From contig JAUGWO010000045.1 of the NCBI GenBank assembly GCA_049724395.1, forward strand, positions 186,001 through 250,000: a stretch of DNA of 64,000 nucleotides. The letters run 5' to 3'. A program made the translations under genes and the position numbers. Below, piece after piece: positions 1 through 10,876 of the stretch (the stretch's first letter is position 1; each line of letters starts with the position of its first letter). The notes beneath the pieces were generated by a model. That model searched no databases, was not told where the DNA came from, and saw only the letters and a program-made list of their open reading frames with translations. The stretch comes from Spongospora subterranea f. sp. subterranea (taxonomy: Eukaryota).

Positions 1-130
1 GACCCATACCGGCCTTACTCAGCAATCCACCTGGTGTACTATGTTTCACCGGTTTTCCCCGTTCTCAAATCTCCAATCACAGCGAGCAGCCTTCATAGTA
101 TAAAATTACTGCTAAACCATTGATACTCGC

Positions 131-2513
131 ATGTCGTCCCCGCGAAATTCGCGGCATCATCGGCCGCAGCAGCATCGGTCTCGCTCACAGCCCAGGGCGG
201 TATCGGCTCGGAGCCTGCCATCAACCATTGAGGACAACTCACTCTTTTCCACTCAAAATAGTCAGGGTTTGTTAGACGCAAGAAACAGGACTGGAACGAA
301 GATGCCCTCAACAATTTTACGTACCGATATGGCTGCGGTTGCATCACGATTAGAGAAAGCGAATTGGACATCATCATCGACAGCTGCTTTTACCTCAAGA
401 ATGCCTCCTTATATTGGTGGCAGTTTGGAGCAAAAGCAACACGCTAGGGTCCGCTATAAGGTCGATGTCCTGCCAAACTTGCCGCCAACAGAAGTATTCT
501 CTGAGAGTCCAGTTATCAAGAGGGGCCCTGCTACTTCATTAGTGAAAGTCGACCCAAAAAACCGCGTTTACAGAAAGGATTAGTAGAGACATCGCTATCC
601 AGGTGGAAGAGCCTCCAAAAACGCACGATTCTCCGAAAAAGCCAGACCCTCCCGACTTCCGCAATGCGTCGTTCAATGATGATCTCGGTGTATGGTCTGG
701 CGGTAATGTACTCCAAGCAAGAATGGAGGTTAAGGATATTTTAAGTGTAACAACGAAGATCCAAGATGACAAGACGAAATCGCTCTTACATCATACGAGA
801 ATTGACAGTGATTGCGCGGAGAATATCTTTCTGAACTTTATTCCTCAATGTTTGCTGAATGAGAAGCCAATTCAAATAGTTCTTACACTGACTGTAAGTG
901 ATGAACCGGCAAATTGGATGAAGAAAACGTTGGAGAAACTTTCAAAGTCTTTGAGTTCTCTTGTGGGCGAAAACTTTCTGTCTTTGAGCTTGGATAACTT
1001 CATTCTGCTCATTAAGTTTGAGAATCTGCCACCTCCTGAAGCAGTATGGCTGTTGGACGCCTTAGGAATGCTCCGTCCTAAATGTTTCGACATCAAACCT
1101 AACGCCCTAGCTCATATATTTGAACGAACAGACTACACCGGATCAACCGATATCCTGCAAACGTTTGTTTTCGTACGTTCTTCTCCGCACTGTCAAGTGG
1201 ATCCATTGGACATGCTGACCAAACGACTCTGCCCCAATTTTGTTATTTCTGTCCCAAATGGAACCCTTGTTCACAAGGATGTCCTCATTCGTTTAATATC
1301 AGCCTTGCAGTTCAATAGCAGTTTAGATGCTGCAGTGTCACCCACCTGCCCAATATCTGTCAGCGGGTCACTGATGACAACGCCGATGACCGGTTCACAT
1401 ATTTTTGGGTACGGCGTTGCTGATGAATTGGTCGATTCCGGTTGCCGTAAACATATTCGTCCACATTATTCCAAACTAGCTATTGTAAGAGTCGTTCGTC
1501 AGTCGCCGTGTTTTTGGCGAACATCATGTGTGAATGAAGTGGCTACCGCACTCCAAAATCCGCGAAGCGCAGAAGAGGTGCTCTCGAGTGAAAGAAATGC
1601 TAAGGCCCGGCAATGGGCGAGCATATACTCTCGATGGAGGCATTTTGCTCCTGACGAGCTTGTTATCCTGGTCATGCTAACTATTGAAAGTTTACTCTGG
1701 ATGTTCAACCTCACCGTGTTTGCTGCATGTATCCGCGTGGCGACGATTTCTAGATCGCAACTTGACATTTTTCTCTTTCAAGTTATATTCCTTTCTCTTT
1801 GTGGAATGCAAGTACCTCTCGTTATATCGCCTTCTCGTTTTTCATTTGGAAAATCGTGTTTACTGGCCACCATGTTGATCACCCCAACCGTTGTTTCGGT
1901 CCTTATAATCCATTACATTCTCGGTCGCGGTGACTTGATTGCACCTATCAGCACATTGCTCGAATCTGGGGATATCTTTACATTCACTCAGGAAAGTGGC
2001 GATTTAATTTGGATTGCTTGCTTAACTGTATCGATTATAATCTGTGTTATTGCAGCAATCATGGGGGGTCGGATTTATTGCATCATGACTTTGCCGCATG
2101 AACTGCTATCTTTTCCAGGAAGATATCTAATTGCGGTACCTTATTCCATTGGCACCATGGCCGAGCATTCTCGAATGGTGTATGCGGCTACGTGGTTAAC
2201 AGCGAATTCAATAGGGGCACTCTGTGTTTTTTATATTGACATTCAGACGTTGCACCTGTGCTTTAGCGCATCAGGCGCGTTGTTGTTGCTGTCTGCAACA
2301 TATAAGGCGCTGAAATCTATACTCTTATCGTTGTACATGCTACTTTACAATGCCATAAGGCGTTGCACGCATTCGTCCAAGGGCAAAAATACCAGTTCCG
2401 ATCTTCAAGGAGTGAATGTTGACAAAAACGACAGGAAGCTTGCACTGTCAGATTGCGACACCGGTCCAGAGAAAAGCAATAAGAGTAGAACGAAAGAAAA
2501 GACGAATATATAA
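131..2513 (+). CDS. Catalytically degenerate chitin synthase-like (GT2) multi-pass membrane protein; +1 frameshift near 545 joins the low-complexity N-terminal ORF to the main ORF
   Basis: Colinear similarity to the intact chitin synthase at 62196: IVLTLTVSDEP..KTL vs FIVITMYNEGP..TTL; AHIFERT vs VHLFEST; LCPNFVISVPNGT vs IKPEYCFLLDVGT; NPRSAEEVLSSERNAK vs DAPTELVDLIKQRRRW; then several hydrophobic TM segments. The frame of ORF 603..2513 is open from 546. Confidence 0.7.
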
Positions 2514-3018
2514 AGATTATTAGCTCGTGTCATGAAGTACCTTATCGTTTGGAGATGAGCGAGAAATCATCAAAGTTTTTGTCGGTCAAAATTACTCGAA
2601 ACCTTGCATGAAACAACAGAGGAGTCATGATGCGATAATTATGTACTACCCCTATATTCTTAAGCCAAAGACGATTCAAGGCGGAGTATTGTTGAAATAT
2701 GTATGTATTAGCCTTAGGCACGGTCTCGTCATTCTTTACAATCGACATATATGTGGTTTTCGAATTTCCCGAACAGTCGTCGCCTGAAATGAAAACAGAT
2801 GAATGAAGCAGTTCAGTTTTGTGACTTTGTGGCTGACACAAATCCAGTGGTCGCAAATGACACACTCTTGAATCTATATTTGGACCTGAGCAGGTTACCC
2901 ACTTCAGTCACGAACAAAGTGTGTGGGCTGTGTGTACTGTACGCACGCCACGCACGCACTGATTAAGACGCTCAGCCTCTGTTGTTACTACATTTCACTC
3001 TTGTCGCAGGTTCAGATC

Positions 3019-4501
3019 ATGACATTAACGGTCAGGGAATTTGTCGCCATCCTCAAATAGCTAGTGATTACCGTTATAGGAGCCGTCGGAACTCGATTGC
3101 CGCGTGCAGAACTACGCATGGGGGAAGTTTGGCGATGATTCCATGGTGGCGCTACTGCATTCGTCCCGCCATCCCGTAGACTCTAGCTTGCGGTATGCTG
3201 AATTGTGGATGGGAACACATGTGAATGGTCCTTCAACTATCCGGCGAACTTCCATTCCATTAAAGGAGGCCATCGGTGGACAAGATATTCCTTTTCTTTT
3301 TAAGGTTTCTGATTTTCGCAAAACCGTCATCCGAACTATTAACAGTGTTTTGCCCAGGTTCTTTCAGTTGATAAAGCGTTGTCTATACAAGCGCACCCAA
3401 ATAAGGCACTCGCTAAAGTTCTTCATGCAAAGATGCCTAAAGTACATTTTACGTGTTGATGTTCATCGTGCCACCTCAGTTGTGATAGGAATATGCTGAT
3501 GACAACCATAAACCAGAGATGGCGGTCGCGTTGACGCCATTCGAGGCACTATGTGGCTTTCGCCCGTTACCGGAGATTGCCCATTTTTTGAAAACAGTTC
3601 CACGTATGTCGGGTTAAGGTTGAGGTTTTCGCATTTTCTCAATTGAAAGCAGAACTTCGCACACTTATTCAGGAGCAAAGTGCGAAAGACTTTTTTTCAG
3701 CGTTGGAGTCAAGTAACTGTCAGAAAAAGGAGCTCCAGGCTATTTTTACAGACTTAATGAAATGCTCGCCTGACACTGTTGCCAAGGAGTTACAAGCATT
3801 GCTAAAGAACATCGCAGGTAATTTTCGTCGCAAAATGCAATGCTTTTTCATAAAACTTTTGCAGATATTGATTTTGAGTTGCCATCAACAAAATCCACAA
3901 TTAATCTAAAATCGCTCATAATCCGGTTGGCTGAGCAATACCCAGATGATGTGGGAATATTTTGTGTGTTTTTCCTGAATGCCATCAATATGACTCCTGG
4001 AAGTGCGATGTTTCTTGATGCCAATGAGCCCCATGCATATTTATGTGGTAGTTGTGTTGAAGTCATGGCTTGCTCAGACAATGTCGTCCGTGCTGGCCTT
4101 ACTCCTAAATTCCGAGACGTCGATACCTTATGCAGTATGCTCTCTTATCGTGCCCTGGTACTACTCGTCTCTAGTGTTTGTGTATACATCAGACCAACTA
4201 TGCGATTACACAGATGCCTGATTTGAGTTATGGCAACATGATTGACCCATGCACCTTGGCATTTCCTGCTCCTGTTTCAGAGTTTTACTTAACAAGGACG
4301 ACTCTGAAACTTGATGACGGTTGTTACACGATGGCGCCCACTCAAGGAATATCTATCGTCATCGTCATTGAAGGAACGGGGCGGCTTGCCGACATTCGGC
4401 TGCAAACTGGCTCTGTCGTGGCGATTCCAGACAATTGTGCCGTCAAAATCGAAGCCGACAATACGCTGATGCTGTTCCGATGCTCAGAAAATCGCGTTTA
4501 A
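3019..4501 (+). CDS. MPI: Mannose-6-phosphate isomerase (type I PMI), multi-exon
   Basis: Motifs [69 protein letters not shown] across exons with GT-AG introns. Confidence 0.96.
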
Positions 4502-4549
4502 ATATACAATTCATTGATAACATTGTAATCGGTGCAGGTCATCTGAACT

Positions 4550-4917
4550 TTAGCCCCCTCTGCGATATGGCGATTAACTTCAGAGCTACCCTTAAAGTTA
4601 TATGCAGATTCTTACCCAATAGGAGGTATTAAGGCAATCTCATCACTGCTGTAGACCAATCTCTCGTCTGTTAAACCGCATAACTGCAAATTAATCGATA
4701 TACAGAAATGTTTCCGGTATTGGTCCAGGCAAGGACATTCCGTCATGATCTAGTGTTATCATGTCGGTACCCATGTATCCCCTTAAATCCCAAGAGATCC
4801 AACCTCATCAACCAACTTGTTCAACGTAACTTGATCATACGGTAGATCGAGTTCAATCATTGGCTGGCCATCGAGTAGGTCTTTACAGAAGCCGAACACC
4901 AGAATTCGATAGACCAT
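4550..4917 (-). CDS. MOCS2A: Molybdopterin synthase sulfur-carrier subunit (MoaD/MOCS2A), 3 exons, 85 aa; absent from the ORF track
   Basis: Manual splicing of exons 4917-4804, 4749-4616 and 4559-4550 (GT-AG introns of 54 and 56 nt) gives MVYRILVFGFCKDLLDG...ISINLQL...SSDEIALIPPIGGG*, the MoaD signature DEIAxxPPxxGG*. Confidence 0.9.
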
Positions 4918-4986
4918 TTGAGATGTTAATGGCAAAGTCCGACGCAGTCCAAGAACCCATGGAGCGTGATCATTAGTTCATCCATT

Positions 4987-7844
4987 CTATTTATTCAATG
5001 TTCTATCCAAAATGCATAAATTACATACGACATCAAAGATATCCCTCTGGATATTTGCACAATTTTGACATATAAATTCGCAGCAGTTGCAGCATATTCT
5101 CCTCCTTAACGCGATTGTGAAAGATTTGGAGCAGCATATGCAGACCGATGATATATTACACTCGACGGGATCGGGGCTTCCTAGACATCTTCTTAATGCT
5201 GCAACCCATGCAAGACGATCCCGATCATTCTGGGCATGTAAGATGATGGATTTGCGGGTCCTGACAAGCTGTGCAATGTAAGAAGAAATGTGAGACTTTG
5301 ATTGAAGAAATCGCATACCTGAATTGGCGTTAACTGACTGGGATTTCTTGCCACTGTTGCAACGCTTGCGATGAAATCGTTTACGAAAATTACGTCGTTT
5401 CCTATCAGCATCCTTTTGATTATGTTATATTTACCCGACGTTTTGTTCGGATGGCAAATGATCATGACTTTCGTAAATAAAAAGCAAATATTAGCATGCT
5501 TCTCCTTCTTTCCTCGGAGCTACACCAGCGATAGAAATCGGTATTGGGGATTATTGTTACATGGCAAACCAATAATATCGCATACCGGGCCCTTCCTTAT
5601 GAACTGTCCAGCTGTGGACGGGTCGCCCAACTTTCGGACCTGATCTGCAGCTAATCTCGTCCGTCTCATGACATCGGACCGGTCAAAGGAGAGTACGATG
5701 GATGTCAATAATGAAACCAACGAAGATCTGGTAAGAGAATCGCTGGGCAACAGCGACACGTACACCTGCCCGCTGGCGTTAGCCAAGGTAATCAGATAGG
5801 CCAAGATCTTACCGAAAGGCGCTGAGCTGGCATTTCTAACAAATCACATAATGTCACAGCTCTTGCTCCAGGCGACTGCGGCAAACATGCATTGAAGAAT
5901 CGACGTAATTTGGCTTCTCGCTTCACAGCAGACTCAATGACGGAGAGCGCGCTTTCGACGTTGGCCACGAATGCATCTCCACGATAGACCTTCAGTTGGG
6001 CCAAGTTATTCCTGAGAACTGACTCAAAATCACCGGCGGCGGAATTCTGGAATTCTCGCAGCAAAGAAGAATGAAAGGCGAGTAACGCTAAAGAATTGCC
6101 AAACGCCATATGAATCTTATCACGGCTCATAATGGATAATGAAGTGTCTGAAGACATCGTCAGCAATGGGTGCACGTAGAGCGCGATCAGCTTTGAGAAA
6201 ATATCGATAAACTCGGACTCTCCATCGAAAAACCTTGCCATTGTGGTCGAATGCCCAGCTACTGACGATCCACATGAAGGAGTGTTGACAACTGTGGTCT
6301 CGCCATCCTCTCGACCATCATCTATTGTAAGAGTCGGTAGATGGACTTTTACCGGATTAGAATCGCCCCGATGACGATCGCCTTCATCGACACTGCATGG
6401 GTTGGACGTCGTTCTTAATAAAGCAGGCTTCATTTCCGAGGAGCACGATCGACACAAATCGATCAATGCATCATTAGATCCACAAGCGAGCCTTGAGTCA
6501 GCATGAGAGCGCAAACATGACGAACAGACGAAATATGCGCAATAACCGCAAGGGATTCGTCGGACGTCCAAACTGAATCGGGAGTCGCAGCAGCGACAAA
6601 CCATTGAGCCTAAACGGTCAATCTCTTCAGTATCGCTGCCACTGATGCACATAGACAGCATCGATATCCAGTATTCATGATTATCTGTACCAGCGTTTTA
6701 GGGGTTTCGGGGCTACAGAACGTCAGCACTTGTGTTTACCGGGTACTATAACACAAAGATGACTGTCTGAATCAATTCGCCTCATTGATATCGTGTTGTG
6801 GCGATCATCTGGTCGGAGCGCTTCCAGGAAAGTCAGTCGGTCCACAGCCATAATCTGAATCACGTGAAATCCAGAATGAAAATCGCCTTCGCACAAAGCA
6901 ACACTGTTCCTGAAGAGGAACAAGTGTTGTGATGGCAACGCATCACTAGTGCTATGCAGTTGCGAATGTAGAATAAGCCAATTCCTTGGCCGATCAGCAC
7001 CTGTCTCCGATGAAAACACCATTCGGGATAGCCTTTCGACAAGGGGCCCTGAATAAACAATTAGATACACATCGAGGTTCAATATTTAGTTCAACCACCT
7101 TTCAACTGTTTTCGAAGCCGTGACCATTGATTAGCAGCGGAGACTTGTAAAAGGTGTTCAGCGATATTCTCCATAGCTGTAGTACAGATGATGAGGACAT
7201 CATGCAATTGGCGATAGTCCGGATGGCCAACAGGCGTGGCATCGATAAGGCGGGACACGATCTGGATGTATCGCGACAGCCTTTGCGATGGGAGAATCAG
7301 CAGAGAACGCAAGCTGTCACCTTGACATTGAGGATGCGACACGGCATGAGCTAGAAACATTCGCAAACGAGTGTCAGAGGCGGAGCGGCGTCCAAGCCGC
7401 CTCAAAGCCTTTTCTTGACTGCTACAGAACTCCATATACGCTGCTGGCATATCTTCAGACCATTGCGCGAATATATCCCCTCTGAAAAATACAGAAATAA
7501 ACATCATATCGACGAACAGAACTTTTGAAGTACAAGGTTTGTCCTGCGCTCCACCTCTTGGCCTTATCTTCAACCCCTTTCAGCAGGTTTTGATGTAGAG
7601 CAGCCAGCTGTCGTACATTGCGAAACACGGTCGATATATCATTGGCTGCCATGAGCTGGTGCTCGGTCTTCAGCGAGCGGATCAATAATGGTGTGTGGAA
7701 TATATCACGAATGGCCAATAGCGATCGCGTGTAGACCCGCTCTGACGACAGTAGCTCGTCAAGTGCCGACTCCCTATTGGCCGGTACATGGTTCGGTATT
7801 TCGGCCTGCAGGATGGGCGCCGAATGAGAGCGCTGCAATATCAT
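4987..7844 (-). CDS. RhoGEF with tandem DH-PH-FYVE-like / DH-PH-FYVE-like architecture (FGD-like)
   Basis: DH1: ELLSSERVYTRSL...LRSLLILPSQRLSRY. PH-like: HLFLFRN. Cys-rich 1: CRCCDSRFSLDVRRIPCGYCAYFVCSSC. DH2: FFDGESEFIDIF...LCDLLEMPAQRL. PH2 ends RLAWVAALRR. Cys-rich 2: CICCSKSFTIALRRRICCNCCEFICQNC. Confidence 0.8.
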
Positions 7845-8060
7845 TGGAACTCAAATAACTCTGGGCAAGAGTGACGAGTCGCAATGCGTGTATGTAGGCA
7901 AATTGATGGATCAGCACGTATTCCTGAACGAATAATCAAATCTGGGACAGACTGTGTTAGAGATGAACGATTCGAATGACGAAATGTGGTTGGTGGCGGT
8001 CACGGAACCAATAGACAAAAATATATGAGAACGATGGCGAAAGATCTCGAGTGGCCATTT

Positions 8061-8145
8061 GGTGAGTGTGATGTGATTGGGTGAATGGTGTCTGTCTGTC
8101 CGTCTGGTGTGGTGTGGTGTGTGTCTGTGTGGGTGTGGTGTATAT
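8061..8145. repeat. GT/TG-rich low-complexity tract upstream of the RhoGEF gene
   Basis: ggtgagtgtgatgtgattgggtgaatggtgtctgtctgtccgtctggtgtggtgtggtgtgtgtctgtgtgggtgtggtg. Confidence 0.75.
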
Positions 8146-8447
8146 CACACATCACTCGCTCCCATCACTTGGTGCCCGTATCGGTAGATTGGTGTTGTGC
8201 GATCGGGGGATAGGGACTGGCGTCGTTGTCGCGTCGTATTATCAACGGCAGTGGAACCCGAAATCAACCAGAAAAAATCAATGAAATAAATGATCCAGGA
8301 CATTATACCTTGGGGAGACAACCGAATTTGAAATGGATTACTTAATTGTCGAACTGAATCTAGCGCCGAAATCTCTGGGAATCATCTACCAATTGATATG
8401 TACCGAGGCGATTTCGAAGAAGGTCGGTGGCATTAGCGCATGATCAA

Positions 8448-8602
8448 GGGGGGGGGGGGGGGGTTTGACTACGATGCCGCCCGATGGAGATTTGCCCACC
8501 CGTTAGCCCACAGAGCCGCTAATATGGTATTGAACGAGACGAACCCGTGACGGCTTGTCTCTACAGGATGGGCTCCACTACACACAATGGGGGGGGAGGG
8601 GG
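8448..8602. repeat. Two intergenic poly-G tracts (G16 at 8448-8463; G8-A-G5 at 8589-8602)
   Basis: Directly visible homopolymer runs. Confidence 0.9.
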
Positions 8603-8743
8603 AACTACATATGGTTCCCTCACTCCAACTATACCAATCAACGGTAGGTCCAAACCTAATTAACTAGGTAGGTGCAATGCTAATCGAATACGTAGGTGAG
8701 AACGCAATAGCTTAGTATTTGTTTTTATTTGAGAACCATTGTG

Positions 8744-10368
8744 CTATGTCCAAGGGAGAAAACACGAAAATAAGCAGGTTCCGACGCAGGTGTAGATTGC
8801 CGACCAGATTAGATAGATGGTCCATATATGATGATTTTGAAAGGCGGAGCTGGCGATGAACCAGTATATGAGAGGCGATGACGATAATAGTAAACGAGTG
8901 CTAATTTGGATATGGCCGACCTGCAACATATTGTCAGCGTTTGATACATTCGGAATATGGGATGGGGGAGGAAACCGACCAATGTGACGAAAACGGTTAG
9001 GATGGCGGCATGATAAACGAAGCAGGTCATATCAGCTGCATAGTATCCGCCGCTTTGCGATTGTTGAGGAGCCTTCATCAAACCAGCTGAAACAACCTGG
9101 ACATATCCTCCATTCAATATATACGATGCGCAAGCTAAGCTTGTCGTAGTAATAACGGGAATTGCCAGAAGAAAATTAGGAACTTGCTTTACGACGAAAT
9201 ATTTTAGGAAACCGAGACCCCTAAAAGATACGAGGTCAGCTCAAAATTCAGATAGAAGAGAAAGCGCACCAATATTCCGCTTGAACGAACGAATAGATAT
9301 TAGGAAACATAGATGTACAATACGGGCGAGGAACGGGTCCATAACAAAACTGAGAATAGCCGAACGCTAAAAACGTTATAAAGGGGGCGACGCAAATGAT
9401 GGAGAAGCATATCGATTTGACTATCAATAACAACATCCGACATTTGAATCGATAAAGCTCGCGCGATTGCTGAATTGTCTAGGGGAAAAAAAGTCAAAGC
9501 AGTATCAGCGAACGAAAGAGCACGAACAAACATTGTATAGAAGAAACCCGACCAAGACGACACCATTAGAACGGGTAGAAACAGCAGCAGAGAACAATAC
9601 CGATGTAACTAATGGGTACGAGGGAGTACGATAGAGAAAATAAAGTCCCCAAAAAGAGGTACAAGCGAACAGTGATTCCGTGTATACCGCTGACATAAAT
9701 ATTCCAGCCTGCATCAGATAAAGTGAGACGGGGGAATCCGTTGCAGCTATCCTATCTAACCGGAGTAAAGCAGAAGGCAAGGGCCCCAAGATACGATAGT
9801 CGCTCATTTTTTGTGGCAACTTGACCCAATCTGAAGTGCAATTAAGGTCCATAACGGGAAATGGATCGATGTCATCAGACCGATAAAGGCCCACTGTCGC
9901 TAGAACAAAACAGCCATTGGAAATGATAAGCCCGGCAATTTGGTATGCCAGCGCATCATCAGCCCGAAAAATGGTCCTGACCACTGAGATAAATTGAAAA
10001 AAGAGAGACCGGTGCCATAGCACTGATTACCTTTCACGAACGCACTGAGCATCATTGGAAGCAATGGCTGGAAAGCATATTGCTGTTCGAATTCGTAAGA
10101 TTTTCTAGCTATATCAATATAGAATACAGCATCCCTGTCGTAAAACAAAGCGAATAAGTTTCGATAAAACAATGGCCCGGAAAAATGGGATGGAAACTCC
10201 TGTCCCCGGTTAACGACAAACTCATTAATATTACCAATGAGCGAAAGGGTATCCGCCAGATCTATCATAGTGCGGGAAGACCAACCCGGCAATTGCACCG
10301 AGAGCCAGTACAAATAATCGGACACAAACAGCAACAACCACGATAAACCCAATCGAGTGGTCTCGCAT
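8744..10368 (-). CDS. PIGV: GPI mannosyltransferase II (PIG-V/GPI18), multi-exon
   Basis: Spliced N-terminus MRDHSIGF...FAHW/DAVFYIDIARKSYEFEQQYAFQPLLP. Also SAVYTESLFA, TRSNGV, IYSFVQAEYW, VKQVPNFLLAIP, HIQISTRLLLSSSPLIYW, and C-terminal FLPWT*. Confidence 0.93.
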
Positions 10369-10876
10369 TGTTAATGTTTTATCGACTCAATCATGTGTAT
10401 CATTATTGCTACGCCACACCACTTGCGGGGACTGTGGTGTGTAGCGAAAACCCTCCTCCGACTCAATCCCCGACGTGTATTGTAGCAGTCCTCGGCCTCA
10501 TCAAGTCTAGCATGGCGCTACTGCCCCGACCTGGCAACACATAGCTGCTTACATTTTCCATTTTTTTTCTTAAAAATTCAGTGCTCGTCCAGAAGTTTAT
10601 CCGGCCGCATGGAGCCAGAAGTACAATTTACCGGAAAATTTCGATCGTCAGGTCGGTCCGAATGTGTAGTGGGTTATGCGGGATTTGCCGTTCAATAAGG
10701 CCTAAATCCTCTGGATTATCAATAAAAACATGACAGGGGAAACACGCCCAGTCAATGTTGGACGTCAATTGTATGCCCGAGGCCAAAGCGATTATAAAAC
10801 GATCTTCCATTTTCATAAAACAACTCAAAGTATATTGTTATTTACATGACAGATCCTTGGGTTCCGCAGAAAACAT

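Noticed and set aside
2542..2865. 107-aa minus-strand ORF between the pseudo-CHS and MPI
   Set aside because: No ATG start in the track and no recognisable homology; could be a small gene but cannot be supported.
3019..10368. MPI and PIG-V as a mannose/GPI gene cluster
   Set aside because: Separated by unrelated genes; proximity is expected by chance in a compact genome.
10512..10850. Possible small spliced plus-strand gene (MALLPRP/VLVQKFIRPHG...)
   Set aside because: Needs a GC donor, and I could not build a consistent downstream frame.
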